DNA of 64,000 bases. Origin: a virus. The stretch is taken from the IMG/VR virus record IMGVR_UViG_3300035698_024657, positions 66,255-130,254 of that record. One strand, given 5' to 3'. A program made the position numbers and the translations under genes. This document shows positions 29,138 to 39,104 of the stretch, piece by piece. The stretch's first letter is position 1. Each line of letters starts with the position of its first letter. Below the pieces are notes generated by a model, which saw only the letters and a program-made list of their open reading frames with translations, had not been told where the DNA came from and did no database searches.

Positions 29138-30685
29138 TTACTCAAGTCCGGTAGCACCATTTCTAAATGGGGGTGGTCCGTTACTTACATGGTAATTTAC
29201 AAAATATGCTAAATCAGCAATATCCACAGCACCCGTATCATTCATATCTAATCTACGTACGGGCGCAGGAAGGGGACCACCATTAAACATATAGTTCACC
29301 ATCGAGGTAAGATCGTTATATTCAACTAATCCATCGTTATTTGCGTCACCTGGAATATACGAACCTCCCCAAATATCTGACATATCCATAGGTTCATAAG
29401 GATATTCAAGTCCCGTGCTTACTCGAGAAACTGTAGTAAATGTTCCAGGATTGAGCGCAGAATACAATATATTTGCAGGATAGTCGACATACCCTTTGAT
29501 CGAGAATTGGTGTAACTCAAAATCTCCTGAGCCACTCGCCCAAACATGACAACGCCACTGATAATATCTCTTTACATCACCAACAGCAATAATTTGGCCT
29601 AATGCAACGCGGGAAAATGTTTCGGCAGATAAATCAAGAATGGTATCCGCTGCGCGAATTTCAAACTTATACTGTGCCGCATTATATGTGCGCACCACCC
29701 AATCATATTTCCACTCATAATTAGTATAACCAAGAGGGGGAGTAAGTGTAGCTAAATCAAGTAAACTTCCTGGAGTATTCGTATTCGGCGCAGCGGCGCT
29801 TACAATAGTATCTTTTACAACTGTCTCTACGGCAGCAGAAAGAGAAGTATTATATACTAACATCGGATGAATCGCAGGGAAACCTAAATGCGAATCGCGA
29901 CCAGAAAGAAAAGTGTCATACGACTGAAAAAGTCGGTGAAAAATAGACGCAGATGAGGTTACTGTCGCAGTCTCTGAACCAAGAATAGTGGCATCAGAAG
30001 TAACCGCATTTACAATATATGCATCAGACAGTGCATCTTTACGTAAAGTAGTAATTTCAGCATTTGACGTAACTGACGCAATTTCTTTATATACTATTGG
30101 AGGAATAATATACGCATCGGATAATATCGTTTCGGTAGCAGGAGATACGTACGTTTCCGCATTAGAATAAACAGATACAACATCTTGTTGTACGTCTACT
30201 CCAATAATTTCAAATTCTACTGATTCAATAGCAGAAGTACTGCCATGATTAGTATCCAAGAAAAGTTTAACGAACCGCGCGGACTGTGGAGCAACTTGAT
30301 GATAATCACGTTCAATTTGTAAACTTCCACCAAAATAGAAAGTCGGAAAATTAATTTGACTCTCTATAACAATATTACCAAAAGTACCCGTCAACGAATC
30401 ATCTAACCCAACACGGTAGGCTTTTACGCAAATATCACCAGGAGTCGCTGACCCCCAAAGCGCAAACCCAGAAAGAGTACGAGATTGTCCAAGGTCTATA
30501 ATAATCCATTCATCACTTATATTCCCTTCACCTGTAGCATATCTCGTATAATCTTCGAGAGCAACCGCACCCTGATTTACGGGTAACCCATCGATGATAT
30601 TTGTCGCAGCACGAGTAGAAGCATCCCACTGAGATGAGTAAGATACAACTGTGCCTAATGAAGGAGCGATATTTGAATTAGCCAT
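29138..30685 (-). CDS. Virion protein: F5/8 type C (discoidin/CBM32) + S(D/N)AxI repeats + C-terminal dockerin
   Basis: AATNIIDG, EWIIIDLGQSRTLSGF, ARFVKL, EFEIIG (discoidin); C-terminal GDANNDGLVEYND...DMNDTGAVDIAD paired Ca-binding loops. Confidence 0.8.
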   Translation of the reverse strand: MANSNIAPSLGTVVSYSSQWDASTRAATNIIDGLPVNQGAVALEDYTRYATGEGNISDEWIIIDLGQSRTLSGFALWGSATPGDICVKAYRVGLDDSLTGTFGNIVIESQINFPTFYFGGSLQIERDYHQVAPQSARFVKLFLDTNHGSTSAIESVEFEIIGVDVQQDVVSVYSNAETYVSPATETILSDAYIIPPIVYKEIASVTSNAEITTLRKDALSDAYIVNAVTSDATILGSETATVTSSASIFHRLFQSYDTFLSGRDSHLGFPAIHPMLVYNTSLSAAVETVVKDTIVSAAAPNTNTPGSLLDLATLTPPLGYTNYEWKYDWVVRTYNAAQYKFEIRAADTILDLSAETFSRVALGQIIAVGDVKRYYQWRCHVWASGSGDFELHQFSIKGYVDYPANILYSALNPGTFTTVSRVSTGLEYPYEPMDMSDIWGGSYIPGDANNDGLVEYNDLTSMVNYMFNGGPLPAPVRRLDMNDTGAVDIADLAYFVNYHVSNGPPPFRNGATGLE

Positions 30686-30694
30686 AAATTATCC

Positions 30695-31279
30695 TTAATA
30701 CCATTCGGCGTACAATGCTAACGAAACACTTGTATTTTCAATACCAGACGTACGTGGTTGTGCTGCAAGTCCTACATAATAATCATGAGTCATTCGGCCA
30801 CTGCCACCAGAAAACGGCGTTAACACCAAAGGTGAAACACTACCACTCATAACCGTCCAATTGGCCGCACCGTGTTCAAAACCTACAACGGTAACATTAT
30901 GTAAGCCCCCACAACTAATACTTCCAGAAATATCGGTTGAATATGATCCACTATATGCACAGAGTTTAACATTTTGTACTCTTGACGCCGACCCAGAAGT
31001 AAAACTTATGTGCAATGTACATTGCGCGGAAGGCAAAGAAGAAATTAATACCGAACCTGCACCAATATCGCCCATTCCTGGAGAATTCGATACATATCTA
31101 ATATTCGGCAATTCTCCAGAATTGACCGTACCGAAAACATTCGTGGCAAATGTACTACTTTGATAATCATGCAGTGCAATAGAATCACCAAAATTCGTGC
31201 CAAAAAAGCCAATACGTGTGTGGCCCGAAATTGTGGTTACGTCATCGCCACCTTTCATGGTTACTGTAATTGCCATCAT
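30695..31279 (-). CDS. Putative virion structural protein (Ser/Gly-rich, beta)
   Basis: 194 aa in the tail module; four SGS motifs. Confidence 0.55.
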   Translation of the reverse strand: MMAITVTMKGGDDVTTISGHTRIGFFGTNFGDSIALHDYQSSTFATNVFGTVNSGELPNIRYVSNSPGMGDIGAGSVLISSLPSAQCTLHISFTSGSASRVQNVKLCAYSGSYSTDISGSISCGGLHNVTVVGFEHGAANWTVMSGSVSPLVLTPFSGGSGRMTHDYYVGLAAQPRTSGIENTSVSLALYAEWY

Positions 31280-33177
31280 TAATCTCCTAAAATATCCGCT
31301 TGACCACCATAGCTCGAATCTATCGTAGCTTTCTTATTTACAATCATTCCATTTCTTATATCGTACACCGTAGCGTCAATATCTGATTCATTAAATTGAT
31401 CGGTAGTAGTTTGTGCAACATAATAACGTTCATACAAGACAGTCAATTTCGAGTGCGCAGGGGAAATCGCCTGTAGTGCAGCATCAATAGCAGGAGCACG
31501 CCCATCCTGACTTTCAGGTAACCATACAATTACATCAGTCACAATATCCTGTCTCGCAGCTAATTTAGTATTAGTCCCTAATTTAGTATAAGATAAACTG
31601 CCACTATGAAAAGGTTCTATAGACCCTGACAATGCAGGTAATGTAGGAGTCACTGAAGGATTATATGGGCCCATCCACCTATTGAAAGTATCGTAATACA
31701 CCCACGCAGAATAGTAATGATTTGTATGAGTAGTATTTGGATGCCATAATGCACGTTGCGTACACTGCGGCTGAATCATATCACGTACAACATACGGTGG
31801 AGTATTAGGTGCTTGATGTGGTGTACCATCAGTTGAATACTGAATAGTTACTTTACACGTAGCGGCGGAGTCGCCAGAACAAGTAGGACAAGATCTTCCA
31901 AGATCCCATTGAAGAAGTGTCCCGGTGGCGTCGCCTAACATCTGTGCTTCAAAATTATGCATCCCTGCAGATTCGGTACATACAAATTGGGATTGAACAC
32001 CCGTATCTACCATAAAAGTACGTGTGGCTAATCCATAAGTACTTGTACGGTATGTGGCCGTAAATGCATTATGTATTCTCCCATCTACAGTTATCTCATT
32101 AGGTAATTGTTCCAGCCATACGGGATCCCCGCCAGTAGCGACACCTATAAGACCATCATGGCTCATAGGATCAAGTAAAGTGATTTCACCTGCTGGGGTA
32201 ATATCAAAGGTATACACTTTCAACGTTAAATTATCTACTGCTTCATTAAAACCTAATACAAATAGATCATTGCCTAAAGGAAGGATATCCCCCTTACCAA
32301 AATCATTAAGAAATTCAACACGATCGATCGCAGAGGTACCAATGGCACCCGTAGTATTATTGACCTCAATAGTTAATATCTGCCCATCGACCACAGCCTG
32401 AGTACGAAAAACAAGAACAACCATCTCATCGTTAACTTTACAAATTGTGGGCGAACTGTTAAAATTTACACCAAACGAAGTATCGATTGTTTCGACGGCA
32501 CCTAAATCACTGAGCACTCCGGTGGCAGATACCCTAAAAGTACGCATGTCACAATATTCACTGGGGCCCTTTACATAAACGAGTACATATAGATCATCTA
32601 CAAGGTGACAAATGCGACTATCCCCAATACCGTCTGAAGTAAATTCTAACGCGGGGTTTACAGTGATGGTCCCATTAGCCGCAATCGTAAAAGTAACAAG
32701 AGTTCCATAATCTTCATCGTCCTCGGCTGCCGCACCACATGATATATATACACGGTCCGCATTCGCTGCAGGAATTAAATCTCCATTATTCCACTGAGGG
32801 GCAAAATTAGCGCTGTCCGTTGTAGTAATATTACCTGCAAGATCGACTGAAAAAGTATACACATATCCTGCGCCCGCGCCCGCTTCCGGTCCATTGACTT
32901 CGAGAACTAACCCTTCTTCTACTTGACACGCTCGAATATGACCAGTATAGACATTAGTAAAATGTAACTCGGCAAGATAAGTATCATCGATATTACCGTT
33001 AGCGTCGATGCCAAAACTTCTGGCATAGCCATCATTACCGGTGGCCCCATCATGATATTTGCCAAGGCCGAGATAAATATTACCAATTGCGCGAACAACA
33101 AACGGATATCTAAGACCCGATAAGGGTCTTGGAAAAAATAGAAAACTATCTATAAAAGTCGAATCGCCTCTAGCCAT
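31279..33177 (-). CDS. Putative baseplate-associated protein (propeller-like repeats; C-terminal PAH wedge motif)
   Basis: Repeated TFxIxxxGxI blades; C-terminal AALQAISPAHSKLTV resembles the gpI/gp7 wedge end. Confidence 0.55.
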   Translation of the reverse strand: MARGDSTFIDSFLFFPRPLSGLRYPFVVRAIGNIYLGLGKYHDGATGNDGYARSFGIDANGNIDDTYLAELHFTNVYTGHIRACQVEEGLVLEVNGPEAGAGAGYVYTFSVDLAGNITTTDSANFAPQWNNGDLIPAANADRVYISCGAAAEDDEDYGTLVTFTIAANGTITVNPALEFTSDGIGDSRICHLVDDLYVLVYVKGPSEYCDMRTFRVSATGVLSDLGAVETIDTSFGVNFNSSPTICKVNDEMVVLVFRTQAVVDGQILTIEVNNTTGAIGTSAIDRVEFLNDFGKGDILPLGNDLFVLGFNEAVDNLTLKVYTFDITPAGEITLLDPMSHDGLIGVATGGDPVWLEQLPNEITVDGRIHNAFTATYRTSTYGLATRTFMVDTGVQSQFVCTESAGMHNFEAQMLGDATGTLLQWDLGRSCPTCSGDSAATCKVTIQYSTDGTPHQAPNTPPYVVRDMIQPQCTQRALWHPNTTHTNHYYSAWVYYDTFNRWMGPYNPSVTPTLPALSGSIEPFHSGSLSYTKLGTNTKLAARQDIVTDVIVWLPESQDGRAPAIDAALQAISPAHSKLTVLYERYYVAQTTTDQFNESDIDATVYDIRNGMIVNKKATIDSSYGGQADILGD

Positions 33178-33211
33178 TGTGGTATTTACCTATTATTAAA
33201 TATTGCATACC

Positions 33212-36200
33212 TTATCCTACTGTAGGAGGCGTGTAACCGTCCTCAGACAACACTAATTCATAACCGATTCTTGTTAGATCCATCAATAGACGTAGGTCAT
33301 AAATCGGGCCAACATTAACAGTATTATTATCATTCACCAACACAATATAACCTACTGCGATCTTATCTGAAACCAAACTACCGCTTGTAAAGGTAGCATG
33401 CGCACCCTGCCATAAATTGTCTCTCCATGAAGGAGAATCAGTAAATCTCCAGACACCTGAGCTAATAGAAGAAATCGGTCCGGTGGTGGATTTCAATTTC
33501 CACTGAGGAGTGGCGTAAGCATTCCGAATATCTGGATTCACTAAGGTAAAGGCATTAGCTGCACGAGTAATTCCATGATGCGTGCCACCGTGTACTGCGG
33601 CATCTAACATAAAATCAAGTTGCTTACGGTAACCCGGAATAGATGCACGTTGCTCCGCTGAGCCAGATATTCCCGCGCCCGTTACGGCGTAGTGTACTGC
33701 AGAGTACGTGACAAAATTCGTAACATACCATGAACGTTCAAAATATGAATATAAATCGGATACCCCCGCAGTAGGCCAGCCCACAAATGTAGTTGCCCCA
33801 GTAGAATTAAATGGTACATTAGGGAATTCTGCATATTGCGTCCAACTATCTGTAGCCGGATTGAGATAAAAAACATCGCCATTATGTAATGCAACAACTA
33901 AAATATCGTTGTGCTTAGACATTGCATTAATTGCCCCAGTAAACGTATGATCAGTCGCCCATGCAGTACCATCATACTTCCACATTGTATAACCATTGGT
34001 AGCATGATTGATCGCGGCATATAAATAATCTCCATGAGATATCATCTTTACCACGGTGTCGCCTGCAACGGCGGGCGTGCCAGCTGATGCAAAATTAGTA
34101 CCATCATATGTAACCATATGATGGATGGGAGAACCACCCCATTTATAAATTTTACCGCTTGATTCATCAAATGTGCCACAGAAGGCATAACCGAACGCAG
34201 TAGATAATGATCGAATTGGGCCTACACCACTATTTTGCATTAAAAAGAAATACGTTCCGTCGTTAGGGGATACCCACAACTCACCATTTTCTAATCCTAC
34301 GTATAGTGCACCTAAATAGGAGAAGATGGCAGAAATCTCACCATTGTATCCGAAATAATGTGAGTATCTCCAAGTAGTGCCATCATCAGAAAATACTAAA
34401 TATCCTGAATTATTTCGGGCATATAGATAATCACCGTGTGCGGCAACAAGATAGCCAACATTATCTCCCGCGGTACCTAATCCACTTGGTGCGAATTCCC
34501 ACGTAACTCCATCAGAAGATCGGATAATATTTTCTTCGCTATCACCTGCAGCATATAAATAACCATCAAATACTTGAAGAGAGACTCCACCCATATCTTG
34601 TACTGTAGCTGGTCCATAATTTACATGGACCCAATCCGTCCCTCTAGTAGTTCGGAAAATCGAACCACTGGAATCGCATGCAGCATATAGGTGGCCACCA
34701 AATTCGGCAAAATCGTAAATATTATCAGGTAAAATCGTGGGATCATATATGGTCCAATCACCAGAAGCAAATGGATAAGTTCCACGAAGAATTTCACCTT
34801 GATCGGTACCCGCGTACAGGAAGCTTCCTGATTCTATGAGACTATGTACACGTTCAATGGAGGCATCAACGTCAGTTAAATCTACGAGAGTAGACCACGT
34901 ATCTCCCTCATCGTCAGATGTTAATAATAGTCCATTTATTCCCGTAGCCGCGAAATATGTGTCACTACTACCTGATGTAGTAAAATCACTAATTTCATCA
35001 GTAATTCCTGCTGCACCAGTATATTTTGCTTCCCATTCTTGGAATGGCGTATCTCTCGAAACATCAATCCACAATTTATTATCATGCACTTCCATCGCTT
35101 GTGCATCATAATCTAACGTACCAATAGCACCACCAACGTACGTTGCGAGGCCCGCTTCAGTAATGGTCATACCAATATCAGTGACGTCATCAGTTTCATA
35201 GGGCGTACACTTAAATAAAAGTGGATACCTATTTGTTTCGTCAGGCGCGTACATCGGCGTACCATTAGTATAAAGGGCTGTATTTGACGTATCTAATTGC
35301 GGTCCCGCAATACACCAATACATATTGTTGTGGAATATTACAGATTCGGTAGAAGTCACGTCATTGCGCATCGTACTTAGGCCCCAGGTCTCATCAGAGT
35401 CTTCAAGGAAGAAAAGTATATCGGAAACCGCTTCCGTATTCCATATATCATATTCATACGCACTTTCAGAAGAACCACTAACACGAGTACCTGAAGTAAG
35501 GCGATGTAACTGAAGACGTGGATAGCCCCCCTCGAGCGTATCTATAGGATAAACAATGGGTGTCGGAAATGGGCCAGTGCCTGGTGGCGCTTCAACTACT
35601 CCTGGGTAATCGTACGCAAAGAAATATAAATAATTTTTTGAATCATATACACCGCGACCATAATAAGGACGGTGAGTAGTTAAACCCCTCACAGGTACAT
35701 TACTGGGTGAGAAATGTTGAGAGGGCGCATTACCTACTACAAATCTGGAAAATGTTGCAGGATTATATGCTACGAGATTATAATATTGTCCCCAATCAGT
35801 ACCCCAAAGAAATTCACCGGGGTTCTTATAGTAAGTACCTATCGTCACATAACAGTTGCTTATAAATAGATCGTCAAATACAACAGTATGCCCAATATTT
35901 AGGGAGTACGTCCAAGTATCGGCAACCGGAAGACCTGACGGATTAGACGAAACATTTTGCGCCCAACTACCAAGACTCGTGGCTGTTTGAGTCACCTTCA
36001 ATGTAGGAGTAATGAGACTAAACGTACCGCTGCCAGAAATATATCTATCTTCTACGTAAGTTTGATCCGTGTACTTACCTTGCCCAAAATATGTTCCAAA
36101 GTTATCATATAGCGCAGTATTTTCACACGTAGTAATAAAGAGGTTATTCCGCACGGTCTCGACAGCGGTTGAACCAGAAGTAAACTCGATACCATACATA

Positions 36201-36304
36201 CGTAATACGTTATATAACTCAGTATCCGTAGAATACGTAGCAGTATAATACGTAGTTACCGAACGTAATAGACTTTGAAGATATTGGTCATAAGTAATCG
36301 CCAT
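33212..36304 (-). CDS. Baseplate wedge (gpI/gp7-like) with large beta-propeller insertion
   Basis: Follows gpJ; LYDNFGTYFG and YRKQL...GGTHHGITRA wedge motifs flank FGGHLYAA / RSSDGVTW / SDDGTTW (Asp-box-like) repeats. Confidence 0.62.
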   Translation of the reverse strand: MAITYDQYLQSLLRSVTTYYTATYSTDTELYNVLRMYGIEFTSGSTAVETVRNNLFITTCENTALYDNFGTYFGQGKYTDQTYVEDRYISGSGTFSLITPTLKVTQTATSLGSWAQNVSSNPSGLPVADTWTYSLNIGHTVVFDDLFISNCYVTIGTYYKNPGEFLWGTDWGQYYNLVAYNPATFSRFVVGNAPSQHFSPSNVPVRGLTTHRPYYGRGVYDSKNYLYFFAYDYPGVVEAPPGTGPFPTPIVYPIDTLEGGYPRLQLHRLTSGTRVSGSSESAYEYDIWNTEAVSDILFFLEDSDETWGLSTMRNDVTSTESVIFHNNMYWCIAGPQLDTSNTALYTNGTPMYAPDETNRYPLLFKCTPYETDDVTDIGMTITEAGLATYVGGAIGTLDYDAQAMEVHDNKLWIDVSRDTPFQEWEAKYTGAAGITDEISDFTTSGSSDTYFAATGINGLLLTSDDEGDTWSTLVDLTDVDASIERVHSLIESGSFLYAGTDQGEILRGTYPFASGDWTIYDPTILPDNIYDFAEFGGHLYAACDSSGSIFRTTRGTDWVHVNYGPATVQDMGGVSLQVFDGYLYAAGDSEENIIRSSDGVTWEFAPSGLGTAGDNVGYLVAAHGDYLYARNNSGYLVFSDDGTTWRYSHYFGYNGEISAIFSYLGALYVGLENGELWVSPNDGTYFFLMQNSGVGPIRSLSTAFGYAFCGTFDESSGKIYKWGGSPIHHMVTYDGTNFASAGTPAVAGDTVVKMISHGDYLYAAINHATNGYTMWKYDGTAWATDHTFTGAINAMSKHNDILVVALHNGDVFYLNPATDSWTQYAEFPNVPFNSTGATTFVGWPTAGVSDLYSYFERSWYVTNFVTYSAVHYAVTGAGISGSAEQRASIPGYRKQLDFMLDAAVHGGTHHGITRAANAFTLVNPDIRNAYATPQWKLKSTTGPISSISSGVWRFTDSPSWRDNLWQGAHATFTSGSLVSDKIAVGYIVLVNDNNTVNVGPIYDLRLLMDLTRIGYELVLSEDGYTPPTVG

Positions 36305-36307
36305 AAT

Positions 36308-37732
36308 TTATGTCCTAACAACGATTGTAAGTGTTCCTACAACAGCATATGAATCTGCAGGAATAACAAGGTTTCCAGAAGAATCTTGAGTAAGCGTACC
36401 CGTCGAAGAACTTTCAGCAAATGTAGTTAAAGGCACGGTCACATCATCCACACCTGTAGTGTCCGCAATTGCATTAAGTACATCAGACTGCTGTACTTCT
36501 TCACCGATAGTATAACTATTAAGGAAAGTAGTTAATGCAGTATTAACATCAGTAGTGACGCCTGCAGCAGTATACCCAGGCAACGCCCGAATAACACAGG
36601 CTACATCAATCTGTCGAGGAATAGCACTCTTAACTAAAAGATCGGCCCCCAAAACTTTTCGAGAATCATCTTCCATATATATTTGCAAAGATTCAATCAA
36701 AGAATTATAAGAGTATACTATAGTAACTTCTTCCCCTGCAGTCAATCCCGTAAATACAAATTTATCTGATCCCCTAATAGATCCTGCAAATTTACTTACA
36801 TCCTGTGTAAGCGTATAATGCGTCCCCGCAATTAACGTTCCAGTAGTACTACCAATAAGTGAGAAGCCATCCGCGGCCAATACATTAATAGGTTGTTTTG
36901 AAACAACAAAGGTATACGGAGCACTTACAGGAACAGTGTATACTTCAGAAGGTGCCTGCGCAGTAATAAGTCCACGAACATAAATATCAACGGCGCCTAC
37001 ATCATTACGGCGCAACTCGGCAACACCCTCAGCAGATGATGCAATCTTCGCATCAAGCACGTCCGAGATTCGAGTAATCGTTTGATAGTACCCATCAGTA
37101 GTGCCTACATTATTGCCGGTAATAACTGCCTTCAATCGAGAACGGAAACTTGTTAGAGTTTCAAAATCTGCACCGTTCGTAAAAGCATTAAAATTGTATA
37201 CTCCTGCGACACCCGTTATCGAATCTAAAATCGCGGCAAGCGCGCCAGGAGCAATATTTCCATCTACCCCCGCAACGAGTGCACGAACTTGAACATCTAC
37301 TTCATATCGGCCAGTCGAACCATTGAAACTGGTAATGCCTAAAGTAACGTCCTGCGTGGTCACATATTGTTGAGATGTACCATTAGGAGTGGCCTTACTC
37401 GCTACAGTCGTACCACGAGGAATAGTAATAGTCTCTGCGGGTGCCTCAAAAGAATAGAACGATGCAAGGCCCGTAGTTTTAAGGGGGCCTCTACGAAGTA
37501 GTTGAAAATTTCTACCTAACTGTTCAACATCGGAAGTACTTGCTAAATCAGGAGATTGTGCATTTGCAGTTCGATTTAAATCAAGGTATAGACTTTCAAT
37601 TTCCCGCGCAGGTGCATCAATAACAACGTCACGCGTAAACGTTCCTGGAGTAGTATCAACATTGGGACGTACACTATATAAAAAGTTACGCATTGCGTTC
37701 ACAACGTTTAAAAAACTCTTAATTACTGCCAT
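36308..37732 (-). CDS. Baseplate J / gp6-like wedge protein
   Basis: PGTFTRD, ITIPRGT, AGVDGNIAPG, NGADFET...RSR, GAVDIYV, IGEEVQQSD. Confidence 0.9.
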   Translation of the reverse strand: MAVIKSFLNVVNAMRNFLYSVRPNVDTTPGTFTRDVVIDAPAREIESLYLDLNRTANAQSPDLASTSDVEQLGRNFQLLRRGPLKTTGLASFYSFEAPAETITIPRGTTVASKATPNGTSQQYVTTQDVTLGITSFNGSTGRYEVDVQVRALVAGVDGNIAPGALAAILDSITGVAGVYNFNAFTNGADFETLTSFRSRLKAVITGNNVGTTDGYYQTITRISDVLDAKIASSAEGVAELRRNDVGAVDIYVRGLITAQAPSEVYTVPVSAPYTFVVSKQPINVLAADGFSLIGSTTGTLIAGTHYTLTQDVSKFAGSIRGSDKFVFTGLTAGEEVTIVYSYNSLIESLQIYMEDDSRKVLGADLLVKSAIPRQIDVACVIRALPGYTAAGVTTDVNTALTTFLNSYTIGEEVQQSDVLNAIADTTGVDDVTVPLTTFAESSSTGTLTQDSSGNLVIPADSYAVVGTLTIVVRT

Positions 37733-37763
37733 AAAATATCCCTCAAAATACTACTTATCAACG

Positions 37764-38360
37764 TTAACCGCTAAATATGACGGAGCCCGTAAGTGTACGG
37801 GTGCCTCCTGAAATTGTTGTTACCGTTACGCCGTAGTCCAATGTCCCTGGATCTGAAACATCCTCATAAACATCGATACTATTCACTTTTGCAATTTGCG
37901 CCTCACCCGCTAAATTGGGTATGCCGCGTTGTGAACTGATCAACGCCATTAAACTTTTAGATAGTTCGAATTTAATGACTGCTTTGATTTCAGAAATAGG
38001 AGAGTCTCCTAACCACTGTGCGACATTAATCGCAACTTCCGGATGAAAATCGTTACTTTCCGTAAGTACAAATTTTTCTAACGTCTGCGCAAGTTTATCT
38101 ACAAGGCTTACTTCTAATACTTTACCCGCGGCATTAAACTGTATATCATAATAATACCCCTTACCTAAACAGCGGGGACATTTACTTAAGGTATACTGCG
38201 CGTCACTCAATTTATGATTACATACATGCTTCAATTGAACATCAAACGCGGTATAATTAGTAGTAACGCTGTCCGTAGCATCAGCAACCGAAGCATAGGT
38301 AAATATTTGCGAATCAATGATCGAGGCATCTGACGTAAGAGTAATAGTATAACTTGCCAT
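37764..38360 (-). CDS. Baseplate gp25/gpW-like protein with Cys motif
   Basis: Directly upstream of gpJ; CNH...CPRCLG, DKLAQ...FHP...; wedge-initiator position. Confidence 0.6.
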   Translation of the reverse strand: MASYTITLTSDASIIDSQIFTYASVADATDSVTTNYTAFDVQLKHVCNHKLSDAQYTLSKCPRCLGKGYYYDIQFNAAGKVLEVSLVDKLAQTLEKFVLTESNDFHPEVAINVAQWLGDSPISEIKAVIKFELSKSLMALISSQRGIPNLAGEAQIAKVNSIDVYEDVSDPGTLDYGVTVTTISGGTRTLTGSVIFSG

Positions 38361-38369
38361 AATAATCCT

Positions 38370-38564
38370 TTAGAATATTCTAAAGCCTCCATCATCTTGC
38401 CCACCTGCCTGAGGAGTAGTATCAGTATTCCTCATAGTCGGTTGAATTCTACGGGGTACCGTATACTCACTTTCAATCTGCGCCCGTGAAATAATTCGAG
38501 CATCCGAGAGCACATCATTAGTAACATATGCATCAGAAGCAATTGTGGTCGTATCTGTTGGCAT
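38370..38564 (-). CDS. Small protein with two SDAxI/V repeats
   Basis: TIASDAYVT, DVLSDARII; AAGGA RBS. Confidence 0.6.
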   Translation of the reverse strand: MPTDTTTIASDAYVTNDVLSDARIISRAQIESEYTVPRRIQPTMRNTDTTPQAGGQDDGGFRIF

Positions 38565-38579
38565 GGATCCTTACCCCGA

Positions 38580-39104
38580 TTATAATGAATCAATTGCATC
38601 AAGTACTTTTATGTACTGATCAACCGAATCAATTTTATCCTCAATAGTAGTAACAGCTTTATCCGCAAAATCTACAGATTTTGCGGATTGCTGTGCTTCA
38701 AAATTTAACCCATTCACAATATTTTCCGCGTCTCTATATCCACCAAGAGATATGCCCTTAACCCCTGCTAAAGATAATAAGGTTTTAAGCAATTTAGCTA
38801 CTTCAACACAATCCGCGAACTCTGGACCAATATTCAATAAATTTAGGACACGTTTCTGTTGACTAAGAATTGCGCCCGCAGAAGAGAATACTTTAAGGAT
38901 TTCCGCCTGTTTCCGTGAGGCTATGCGCTTTTTATATGCATACGTGGCCAATTGTGCTATTAATGTACGTTTTGTTCTGTTCAACTGCATTCGCAATGCC
39001 ATACGTGCAGGCCGAGATAGCCCAACAAGTGCTTTAATGAAACAAGTTGATACCCCAATCTCATCAGACATTTTTCGCAATTGTGGAACAGTAATTGTAG
39101 CCAT
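38580..39104 (-). CDS. Hypothetical helical protein
   Basis: 174 aa; TAATG overlap with the upstream fibre gene. Confidence 0.6.
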   Translation of the reverse strand: MATITVPQLRKMSDEIGVSTCFIKALVGLSRPARMALRMQLNRTKRTLIAQLATYAYKKRIASRKQAEILKVFSSAGAILSQQKRVLNLLNIGPEFADCVEVAKLLKTLLSLAGVKGISLGGYRDAENIVNGLNFEAQQSAKSVDFADKAVTTIEDKIDSVDQYIKVLDAIDSL

